From Candidatus Eiseniibacteriota bacterium (lineage in GTDB: Bacteria; Eisenbacteria; RBG-16-71-46; CAZEPH01): a stretch of 64,000 nucleotides of DNA. The stretch covers positions 32,001 to 96,000 of the forward strand of contig JBGATO010000001.1 in NCBI GenBank assembly GCA_044229145.1, read 5' to 3'. Shown piece after piece: positions 1 to 7,693 of the stretch. The notes below the pieces were generated by a model. The model did no database searches. It was given only the letters and a program-made list of their open reading frames with translations, and was not told where the DNA came from. The translations under genes and the position numbers were made by a program. The first letter of the stretch is position 1. Each line of letters starts with the position of its first letter.

Positions 1-258
1 GGCGAACTGCTCGACGACGAGGCACTTCTCGATGCGCTCCGTGGCGGCCGGCTCGCGGGTGCGGCCCTCGACGTGTTCGCCACCGAACCCTTGCCGGCAG
101 AGCACCCATATTGGACGGCGCCGGGGGTGCGCGTCACGCCGCACGTCGCCGGCATCTCCGAAGTGCCGGACATGGCGGCGCAGTTCCTGGCCAACCTGCA
201 GCGCTACATGGACGGCGCACCGCTCGCCCATCAGGTGGATCGCGGCCGCGGCTACTGA
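1..258 (+). CDS. D-2-hydroxyacid dehydrogenase, C-terminal part (5' truncated by window edge)
   Basis: Frame 1 is open from base 1: ...LDALRGGRLAGAALDVFATEPLP...VTPHVAG; the LDVF.EP and TPH motifs match this family. Confidence 0.9.
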   Translation, partial: GELLDDEALLDALRGGRLAGAALDVFATEPLPAEHPYWTAPGVRVTPHVAGISEVPDMAAQFLANLQRYMDGAPLAHQVDRGRGY

Positions 259-267
259 AGCGCGCGG

Positions 268-1134
268 TCAGCCGCCGAGACTGCTGTCGGCCCGCACCGA
301 GTCTGGCGGAGCCAATACCGGCGCCACGCTGTCGGTCCGCACACTGTCCACCGGCGCCGCGAGGACTGGTGTCACCGGGCGCGGCGGCCGCGTGCCAGCC
401 AGTTGCCACGGCGCGTTGCGCAACTCCGCGTAGGTCGCCCGCGAGATTGCCCCACCTTGCCGCAACCGCAGCAGCACGGTGTTGTAGCGTCGCACCAGGC
501 GCGCCGGCCGCTTCGCCGGATTGTCACGCCGCGGGCTCGGAATCAGCGCGGTGAGCAGCGCCGCCTGCTGCGCGTTCACCTGTGAGGCATGCACGCCGAA
601 GTAGTGCAGCGATGCCGCCTCGGCGCCGTAGATGCCGTCGCCCCACTCGATCACGTTGAGATAGATCTCGAGGATGCGCTGCTTCGACAAGCGGCGATCG
701 AGTTCGACCGCGAGCAGCGCTTCCTCTGCCTTGCGCAAGAGCGTGCGGGACGTTTCGAGATAGAGGTTCTTCGCCAGTTGCTGGGTGATCGTGCTGCCGC
801 CGCGGACGATCTTGCCGCGCTTCCAATTCGCCTTGGCGCTCGCTTGGATCTCCTTCACGTCGAGCCCGCCGTGCTGGTAGAAGCGCGCGTCCTCGCTGGC
901 GATCACCGCGCGGCGCAGGATCGGCGCGATGCGCGTGAGTGGCACCCAGCGATAGTCGCGCTTGGGCGTTCGGCCGGCGTCGCGCGCCTCGCGTTCGCGT
1001 TGCCGCATGACACTGGTCTCGCGCGGGGCCTCGGTGGCTAGACGATCGACGTCGAGGATGCTGGCCGCGCGCACGGGTGCCGGCACGCACGCCACGATCC
1101 ACAGCACGACGATTCCCCATGCAACGCGACGCAC
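268..1134 (-). CDS. mtgA: Monofunctional biosynthetic peptidoglycan transglycosylase (GT51)
   Basis: SEDARFYQHGG, GGSTITQQLAKNLY, RK..E, KQRILEIYLN motifs; GTG at 1134 after a GGAGGAG RBS. Confidence 0.9.
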   Translation of the reverse strand: MRRVAWGIVVLWIVACVPAPVRAASILDVDRLATEAPRETSVMRQREREARDAGRTPKRDYRWVPLTRIAPILRRAVIASEDARFYQHGGLDVKEIQASAKANWKRGKIVRGGSTITQQLAKNLYLETSRTLLRKAEEALLAVELDRRLSKQRILEIYLNVIEWGDGIYGAEAASLHYFGVHASQVNAQQAALLTALIPSPRRDNPAKRPARLVRRYNTVLLRLRQGGAISRATYAELRNAPWQLAGTRPPRPVTPVLAAPVDSVRTDSVAPVLAPPDSVRADSSLGG

Positions 1135-1186
1135 GCGCTCCTCCTCGATGACGCAACCCCCGGACGGCACGAGGCCATCCGGGGGC

Positions 1187-1216
1187 AGACTAGGCAGCGC
1201 GGTGCGCCGTCGTCAA
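1187..1216 (-). promoter_or_regulatory. Sigma70-type promoter for mtgA
   Basis: TTGACG-N18-TAGTCT on the minus strand. Confidence 0.6.
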
Positions 1217-1229
1217 TCGTCGGGCGCGC

Positions 1230-2480
1230 TCAGAATTCGAACCCGAAGCTGGCGCCCACGCCGACGCCGCGCGTCGACGCCGAAGAGGTCCCACCATAAT
1301 GCACGGCCGCCAGGTCGAGCCGCATCGGTCCGGGGGCGAGACCGATGCCGCCGCTGAGCCGCGTGCCGGTCGCGCCGGCGTGGCCGTAGCCGCCGCGCAG
1401 CCGCAGAATTCCGGCGGGCCACAGCTCCGCGCCCACCGCGATGTCCGAGCCGGTGCGCACGCCCACCGACGACCGCACGACGTACGCGAGATCGGCGCTC
1501 ACCGCGAGCGGTCCGAGACGCCGCGACACGCCGCCGCGCACCGTGGTCGGCAACTGCACGTCATACTCCGGCGACGGCGTCGAGTCCGACTGGCTCGTCA
1601 CGAAGTCCGCGCCACTCGCATCGTCGAGCGTCACCGTGGTCGCCGACACCGTGTTGTGGTAGTCGGTGCCCTCGGTGAAGTGCAGCGAGCCGAAGCCGCT
1701 CACGCTGACCCCGAACCGCGTGCCTTTGAGCGTCTCGCCCGCCAGTCCGATGCTTGCCGTGTAGCCCTTGCCGGTCTCGCCGACCCGCGCATCGATCACA
1801 CCGTTGCCGAGAAACGCCGACGAGGTCGTGGCGATCGCGCCAGTCGCATGCATCACCGTCGCGTGCTTGGCGATCAGGATGTCCTCGAACGATGCGCCGA
1901 GACTCAGCGCCTTCATCGACTTTCCTGCCGGCAGGCGCAACGCGTACGCCGCAACTACACCGCCGTACGCGAGCCCGTTGCCGTCGGTCCCGTCGAAGCT
2001 GTAGGTGCGGTCGAGCGCATTGCCGTAGAGCGCGAGATCCGCGAGATCCTTCGGCAGCGCCGCGTTGCCGAACCCGGCGACATGACTGGTGAGCGCGAAC
2101 GACCCGATGCTGAATCCGAGCGCCTGCCCCTCCCCGTCGGCGTCGAGCCGCAAGCCATCCGTCGGGATCGCCGCCAGCACGTCCTGCTTCAGCGCGTCAT
2201 CGAGGAACTGCCCGTTGACCTTGTTGTAGAGGCCGAGGGACAGCCCATTGGTGGCGGCATTCGCGCTCACCGAGCCGAGCGTGAGGGCGAATGACGGATG
2301 CTCCGGCAAGGCGAGCGTCGCGGGGTTCCACAGCGCCGCCTCGGGACCGCTCGCCCGCATGCTGTACGCACCGCCGAGCGCGGAGGCCACCGACCCGGCG
2401 CTCCCGGCCTCGGCTCCGCTCACGACCGCCACGAACGTCACGCCACACAGAACGGCGGCGGCAAGAGTGTGTCGTCTCAT
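1230..2480 (-). CDS. Outer-membrane beta-barrel protein (FadL/TraF/DUF5723-like)
   Basis: Signal peptide MRRHTLAAAVLCG, 'GPEAALWNPATLA' (NPA motif), amphipathic strands, 'LRLRGGY', C-terminal Phe (FGFEF); ATGA overlap with the upstream lipoprotein. Confidence 0.7.
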   Translation of the reverse strand: MRRHTLAAAVLCGVTFVAVVSGAEAGSAGSVASALGGAYSMRASGPEAALWNPATLALPEHPSFALTLGSVSANAATNGLSLGLYNKVNGQFLDDALKQDVLAAIPTDGLRLDADGEGQALGFSIGSFALTSHVAGFGNAALPKDLADLALYGNALDRTYSFDGTDGNGLAYGGVVAAYALRLPAGKSMKALSLGASFEDILIAKHATVMHATGAIATTSSAFLGNGVIDARVGETGKGYTASIGLAGETLKGTRFGVSVSGFGSLHFTEGTDYHNTVSATTVTLDDASGADFVTSQSDSTPSPEYDVQLPTTVRGGVSRRLGPLAVSADLAYVVRSSVGVRTGSDIAVGAELWPAGILRLRGGYGHAGATGTRLSGGIGLAPGPMRLDLAAVHYGGTSSASTRGVGVGASFGFEF

Positions 2481-4501
2481 TGGCTGATCCTCGCGGTGGC
2501 TTGGATGCGGGCCTGGACGATCACCGCATCGCTCGGAAAGACGTTCACCGTGCCGCTGGTGGCGGGCAGGTGGAGGAAGGTGGCGACATAGACATTCGGC
2601 TGCGTGAGGATGGCGACGTCGTCGCCGTTCACCGCGAGATCGATCGTCGAGCGGCCGGGCTGATGCGTCGACCCGGATGCCGCGGCGACGCTGCCGTGCA
2701 GCACCAGCGTCTGTCCGCTCACCGCGAGCGAGTCCACCGCACCCTGCCGCGTGCGCGACACCGCGACGGTGACCGAGGCGCCGAGCGGCAGTCCGTTGGT
2801 GACGTCGGCCAGCAGGTGGATCGCCTGGACGCGCTTCTGCAACTGCTCGCGGGTGTCCTGCGACACCGAGACGGTGTCGACGGTGCCCGCCAACGTCACC
2901 GGCGAGGTCACGGCGAGCGACACCGGCACGTCGACGCGCAGGTCGCCGCTCACCACGTCGGTCGCGGAGACGCTGCCGGAGGTCTGACCATCGCCCACCA
3001 GCGCGCTGCCGCTCACCACGATGCGGGTCGGCAAACGGCTGACGAAGGCCGCCAGGTTGGAGTTGGTTTCGTCGAGGACGAGCGTGCCTCCGACGCCCGG
3101 CGTGAGGGCCAGCGTCACCGGCGGCAGGTTGGTGCCGTTCTGGGTCAGCGTGAACGCGTTGTTCTGCGCGTCGTAGCCGGTCACCCACAACTGCACGGTG
3201 CCGGGCACGTTCGCCGTGGTGTGCAGGGTGAGTGTCGCCTTGGCGTGCGGAATCGACACGTGCGAGAGCCCGCTCGGCACGTCGACATCGATCGACTGGT
3301 CGCTGAGCGCGACGCGCGTCGAGTCGAGAACACCGGTGGCAGACTGCAATACCATGCCGCTGCCGTTCGCCGACACCGAGACGCTGTTCGACGACTGCAC
3401 GCTCACCGCGTTCGCCGTGGCGTTGGTGTGCGCATCGACGTCGACGGTGAAGCGATTCGCCACCGCGCTGGTGTAGTCGAGTCCACTGAGCGGCACCGTC
3501 GCCGTGGCATTCCCGTTGGCCGGCACCGACAGGTGCGCGACGTACGGCTGCCCGGTGGACGGCGTCGTCAGCTCGCGGATCGTCAGGTCCATCATCCCCG
3601 CGAGCGGCGAAGCATTGTGCGTCGTGAGGACGAGCGAGCCGGACGCGAAGCGCGCCGCGGTGACCGACCCATTGCTCTGCACCGTGCTACTCAGCGTCCG
3701 CGAGAAGGTCTGCGACGGCAGTTGCGCGGTGGCCTGCACCGCCTCGATGCCGCCGGTGAACGCCGCGGTCACCTGCAGTTCGTTCGTCCCCAGCGCCACG
3801 GTGCCGCCGTTGACGTGGCCGTCGACGGATATCAACAACGTCTGTCCGATCGCCACGCTCGTCGCCGGCGACTGCGGCAGGGCGATCGCCGAGGTCATGG
3901 AGCCGCCCGCACTCAGCATGCCGCCGGGCGACCAGGTGAACAGCGTGGCGCCGCTCGTCTGGTCGTGCGCAGTCACCGTGATGCCGTCCACGGAAAGACC
4001 GAGGTTGTTGGTGAGCGTCACCGCCAGCGCGGCGCGCGTGAGCGTCGCCGACTGGAAGCCGTTGCCGGCGAGCGACACCGTGCGGTTGTCCGCGCTGAAC
4101 GCGAACGACGGCAGCGCCACCGAGCTGCTCTGCCCCGAGATCGACACCGGCGAGATCTCCGCCAGGCTCAGCGTGTGCTGCAACTGCGCCGGCGCGGTAA
4201 TGTCGAAGGTGTCGAGCGACGCGCTCACCGCCGGCGCGTCGAAGCGGTTCAGCGTCAGCGACGAACCGATGGCGGTCGTCGGCAAAGTCGACGTGATGTG
4301 GTAGGACACCTCGCCGCTCGTGGTGGCGAGTGCCGCGGTGCGATCGACGATTTCCTGGACCGTCGTGGTGTCGGGCTGGAACGGCACGTTGACCGTCGTG
4401 TCCCAGCTCGGCGCTTCCGGCGCCTTGATACCGCATCCCGCGACGCCGAGCGCCGCGAGGATCGCGCCGCAACTCACGAACGCGAGAGAGATGGCACGCA
4501 T
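2477..4501 (-). CDS. Large lipoprotein, Thr/Ser/Val-rich, with repeated beta-rich domains
   Basis: MRAISLAF...LGVAGC lipobox; 674 aa ORF with GC-rich third codon positions; about four recurring 'L..txNxxPl' segments. Confidence 0.75.
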   Translation of the reverse strand: MRAISLAFVSCGAILAALGVAGCGIKAPEAPSWDTTVNVPFQPDTTTVQEIVDRTAALATTSGEVSYHITSTLPTTAIGSSLTLNRFDAPAVSASLDTFDITAPAQLQHTLSLAEISPVSISGQSSSVALPSFAFSADNRTVSLAGNGFQSATLTRAALAVTLTNNLGLSVDGITVTAHDQTSGATLFTWSPGGMLSAGGSMTSAIALPQSPATSVAIGQTLLISVDGHVNGGTVALGTNELQVTAAFTGGIEAVQATAQLPSQTFSRTLSSTVQSNGSVTAARFASGSLVLTTHNASPLAGMMDLTIRELTTPSTGQPYVAHLSVPANGNATATVPLSGLDYTSAVANRFTVDVDAHTNATANAVSVQSSNSVSVSANGSGMVLQSATGVLDSTRVALSDQSIDVDVPSGLSHVSIPHAKATLTLHTTANVPGTVQLWVTGYDAQNNAFTLTQNGTNLPPVTLALTPGVGGTLVLDETNSNLAAFVSRLPTRIVVSGSALVGDGQTSGSVSATDVVSGDLRVDVPVSLAVTSPVTLAGTVDTVSVSQDTREQLQKRVQAIHLLADVTNGLPLGASVTVAVSRTRQGAVDSLAVSGQTLVLHGSVAAASGSTHQPGRSTIDLAVNGDDVAILTQPNVYVATFLHLPATSGTVNVFPSDAVIVQARIQATARISQ

Positions 4502-4738
4502 CGCGCGCCCTCGTGGAGCCTGGCCCCTGTGCACACTGCGAGCAGCGTTCACCGGCCCTCCTTTCCCTGACATGTGTGGCGGAACTCAGCCCAAGAGGGG
4601 GCCATCTCGTCCCGTCGGCTTCCCTGACGATATGGAGCGTCTCTACACTGCCGGTGATCGATGGGAGGCGCGCACGCCGCCGGCATCCAGCCGGCGAAGG
4701 CCCGTCTCCTGGCGCCCACCCTTCACCTGGAGGCACCT

Positions 4739-5701
4739 ACGCGCGCGCTCGTTCTCGACGATGGTCTGTCGCTGCACGCGACGGCGCCGGAGCCCGTCGC
4801 GGGGCCCGGCGAGGCCGTGGTTCGTGTCCACCTTGCTGGTATTTGCGGCACCGACCTCGAGCTCCTGAAGGGTTATTGGCGATTTCGGGGTGTCCCGGGC
4901 CATGAGTTCGTCGGGCAGGTGCTCGAGGCCCCAGACGCCGCCTGGGTCGGCCGCTGGGTGGTCGGCGAGATCAACTGTAGCTGCCACCACTGCCCCACCT
5001 GCCTCGCCGGACGCCCGCGGCACTGCCCCACCCGCACCGTCCTCGGCATCGAGGGTCGCGACGGGGCCTTCGCCGACCTGCTGCGCCTGCCGCTCGAGAA
5101 TCTGCATGCGGTCCCAGATGGCCTCACCCCCGAGCAGGCGGTCTTCGTCGAACCGCTCGCGGCGTGCTTTCGCATCCTCGAACAGGTCGCGATGACCCCC
5201 GGCGATCGGGTCGCGGTGCTCGGCGACGGGCGGCTCGGCGTGCTCGCCGCGCAAGTGCTCGCCACCACCGGAGCCGAGGTGCTGCTGATCGGCCGCCACG
5301 AGCGCAAGCTCGCGGTGGCATCCTCTCTCGGCCTTGCGACGCGCCCGGCAGACCGCGGCCTGGACGATCTGGCGGCGCGGCTCGACGTGGTCGTGGATGC
5401 CACGGGATCGCCGAGCGGCCTGCACGACGCCATGCGCCTCGTACGGCCCGAAGGCACGGTGGTGATGAAGACGACCGTGGCCGGGGCGATTCCGCTCGAG
5501 GGCGGCATGGTCGTGGTGCCGGAGGTCCGCATCGTGGGGTCGCGCTGTGGGCCGTTCGCCCCGGCACTCGAGGCACTGGCACGCGGCACGATCCGCGTCG
5601 ATGCGCTGGTGTCGGCGATCTATCCGGTGGCCCAGTGGAGCAAGGCATTCGACGCGGCGGGGACGCCGGGACACTGGAAGGTGCTGCTGCGGTTTGCCTG
5701 A
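4739..5701 (+). CDS. Zn-dependent medium-chain alcohol dehydrogenase (MDR family)
   Basis: GICGTD, GHEFVG, CSCHHCPTC...C, GDGRLG motifs. Start uncertain: ACG at 4739 after GGAGG, or ATG at 4661. Confidence 0.9.
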   Translation, partial: TRALVLDDGLSLHATAPEPVAGPGEAVVRVHLAGICGTDLELLKGYWRFRGVPGHEFVGQVLEAPDAAWVGRWVVGEINCSCHHCPTCLAGRPRHCPTRTVLGIEGRDGAFADLLRLPLENLHAVPDGLTPEQAVFVEPLAACFRILEQVAMTPGDRVAVLGDGRLGVLAAQVLATTGAEVLLIGRHERKLAVASSLGLATRPADRGLDDLAARLDVVVDATGSPSGLHDAMRLVRPEGTVVMKTTVAGAIPLEGGMVVVPEVRIVGSRCGPFAPALEALARGTIRVDALVSAIYPVAQWSKAFDAAGTPGHWKVLLRFA

Positions 5702-5709
5702 GGCGGGAT

Positions 5710-6023
5710 GGAAAGAGCCGTGGAGCAAGTAGACTCTCGCGAGTCTCCCGCGCACGGCTCCGCTGGTGTGGCGGCCTCCGTGCCCGGATCTCACCCCACG
5801 GCTCCCCTGGTTACCCCCTGACACCCAAACAGCGGTGCCGCGAGACATCTGCGAGCAACTGATGTATCGACTGCCTCGCGCCTGCCGCGCGACGCCAACA
5901 GCCGGCGCGCGACCTACGGGAGGCGGGGAAACTGCCCGCGCGGAGAACCCGCACGGTCAGGGGCGACGGACCGAGGTCCGTCAGAGTGGGGGATCGAGGA
6001 GAGGAGGTGCTTTGCCCAAGCAA
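5710..6023 (-). ncRNA. Candidate structured non-coding RNA of unknown family
   Basis: Several nested helices whose G-U pairs work only on the minus strand, a GNRA-capped 3' hairpin, and an upstream TTGACC-N17-CATACT promoter. Confidence 0.5.
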
Positions 6024-6029
6024 CGTGAA

Positions 6030-6058
6030 AGTATGAGGTCAAGCGGCGATTCGGTCAA
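6030..6058 (-). promoter_or_regulatory. Sigma70-type promoter firing into the 5.7-6.0 kb intergenic region, antisense to the suhB 5' end
   Basis: TTGACC (6058-6053), 17 nt spacer, CATACT (6035-6030). Confidence 0.6.
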
Positions 6059-6869
6059 CCCACCGGCGCGCCCGGCCGCCACCACCGCGGTGCGGCGCGT
6101 CGCCCGCGCAGCCGCCGCGGACGCCGCCGACTACCTGCTGCGCCAATTCCATCGCCCCCGCCACGTCCGGCACAAGGGCCTCATCGACCTGGTGACGGAT
6201 GCGGACACCGGCGCGGAACGCCGCATCCTGGGCGCGATTCGCCGGGCCTTCCCCGCGGACGCGATCCTGAGCGAAGAGGACGGCGGCGCGATCGATCCGG
6301 CACGGCGCACCTGGATCGTCGACCCGCTCGACGGCACCACCAACTACGCGCACGGCTATCCATTCTACGCGGTGTCGATCGGCGTGGCGCGGGCCGGGGT
6401 GGTCGAGTACGGCCTCGTGGTGGCCCCCTCGTTCGGCGAGACCTTCGAGGCGGTGCGCGGGGGTGGCGCGCGACGCAACGGTCGCCGCATCGCGGTGAGC
6501 GATACCGCGCGGCTGCGCGAGGCCTTCCTGGTGACCGGCTTCCCGTACGATGTGCATACCAGCGGCACCAACCTGTGCGAGTTTTCGCGGCTGGCGCGCC
6601 GCGCGCTGGCGATTCGCCGCGACGGCGCGGCGGCCCTCGACCTCGCCTACGTCGCGTGCGGCCGGTTCGATGGATTCTGGGAAGCGAAGTTGAGTCCGTG
6701 GGACGTCGCCGCCGGACGCCTGCTGGTCACCGAAGCGGGAGGCCGCGTGTCCACCTGGGCCGGGCGGCCCTACGCCTGGGGTGATCCGCTCCTCGCCACC
6801 AACGGCCGGATCCACGCAGCGGTGCGACGCGTTCTCGAAGCTGCTGGCTGCGCCTGCCCGGCGGGATGA
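6033..6869 (+). CDS. suhB: Inositol monophosphatase family protein
   Basis: DLVTDAD, SEE, WIVDPLDGTTNY, TGFPYD, GAAALDLAYVACGRFDGFWE, PWDVAAG motifs; start uncertain (TTG 6012 or ATG 6033). Confidence 0.9.
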   Translation: MRSSGDSVNPPARPAATTAVRRVARAAAADAADYLLRQFHRPRHVRHKGLIDLVTDADTGAERRILGAIRRAFPADAILSEEDGGAIDPARRTWIVDPLDGTTNYAHGYPFYAVSIGVARAGVVEYGLVVAPSFGETFEAVRGGGARRNGRRIAVSDTARLREAFLVTGFPYDVHTSGTNLCEFSRLARRALAIRRDGAAALDLAYVACGRFDGFWEAKLSPWDVAAGRLLVTEAGGRVSTWAGRPYAWGDPLLATNGRIHAAVRRVLEAAGCACPAG

Positions 6870-6924
6870 TCCTCCACTTGAGCAACGGCCAACTCACTCG
6901 CCTGTCAATCCTTATGGCACTTGG

Positions 6925-7437
6925 TTAACGTACCGTCGGCACGGGCTCCGGCTCCCGTGGCGGGGCCGGCGCCGTGTCCCCGCCTGCCTGAGTCCTCGCG
7001 GCGGCCGCCGCGATCTGCGGCATCGTGAGTGCGGTGATGTGCTCCACGGCCAGCCGGGCGCTGACCCGCAAGGTGGAGCCCATGACCTGCACGCCGGTCA
7101 CCATTACCCACGGCGCGAGTTGCGGCACCGCGATGACCATGCGGCCGCTCTCGTCGTCCCACCCGACCTCGGGCCGCGCCAGGTGCGTGACCACGCGCTT
7201 CAAGAGCACGTGACCGAGGCCGCGGCGGAAGCGAAACGCCAGTCCCCCGTGCGGCGTCGCGTCGATCTCCTCGACGCGCAGCGCCACCGTGCTGGCGATC
7301 GGCCCGATCCCGACCCGCGCGTGGATGCGTGGTGCGCCGGACGGAAAACTCACGGCGACGTTCTGCACGAACGGCGGCGCCAGCCGCAGGGACGCCAGCG
7401 CCCGGTTGATGTCGTCTTCGTCGAGGAAGATCTCCAT
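6925..7437 (-). CDS. Hypothetical protein, paralog of the adjacent 72-aa ORF
   Basis: 170 aa ORF with a GGAGG RBS; N-terminus MEIFLDEDDINRAL. Confidence 0.7.
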   Translation of the reverse strand: MEIFLDEDDINRALASLRLAPPFVQNVAVSFPSGAPRIHARVGIGPIASTVALRVEEIDATPHGGLAFRFRRGLGHVLLKRVVTHLARPEVGWDDESGRMVIAVPQLAPWVMVTGVQVMGSTLRVSARLAVEHITALTMPQIAAAAARTQAGGDTAPAPPREPEPVPTVR

Positions 7438-7440
7438 CGC

Positions 7441-7659
7441 TCACGCCCCTCCTGGGTCGAGCACCGACACTGCCAGATGCAGGCCACGCCCCGGCTCGCA
7501 CGCCACGCCCATGCGGACGCCGAGGCTGCCCTGTCCGATCGCCGCGCGGATTTCGACGCCGCCGGGCACCACGCGCACGGTGGCGGCCTGCACGACCTCG
7601 CGGGGGCTCAGCGCCTGCACCAGTTCGCCCAACTCGTCCTCGTCGATGTAGACGTGCAT
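7441..7659 (-). CDS. Small hypothetical protein
   Basis: GGAGGATCAC RBS before ATG; N-terminus MHVYIDEDELGELV resembles the downstream ORF. Confidence 0.7.
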   Translation of the reverse strand: MHVYIDEDELGELVQALSPREVVQAATVRVVPGGVEIRAAIGQGSLGVRMGVACEPGRGLHLAVSVLDPGGA

Positions 7660-7693
7660 GTGATCCTCCGGGCGATGCGGGGCGACGGCGCGA

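Noticed and set aside
5714..5806. Two GGAGCCGTG motifs on the minus strand resembling group II intron domain V (GAGCCGTG.GCG.GAGA.TCGC)
   Set aside because: The 3' arm and bulge geometry do not fit DV, there is no DVI or 5' GUGYG, and no RT/maturase is nearby
5918..5960. Weak resemblance to a cobalamin riboswitch on the plus strand (GGGAG..GAAA..CCCGC.ACGGT)
   Set aside because: Lacks the GCCACTG, GGGAAG and B12-box elements, and the G-U pairing favours the minus strand
5811..6023. 70-aa minus-strand ORF starting at the predicted start site
   Set aside because: Leaderless TTG start, no recognisable motif and atypical codon use; RNA structure explains the region better, though a peptide cannot be fully excluded
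6880..6925. TTGACA on the minus strand and TGGCAC (sigma54-like) on the plus strand
   Set aside because: No -10 element at 16-18 nt and no TTGC at the sigma54 spacing
7441..7443. Selenocysteine recoding of the in-frame TGA
   Set aside because: No redox motif context, no evident SECIS, and the downstream ORF has its own SD
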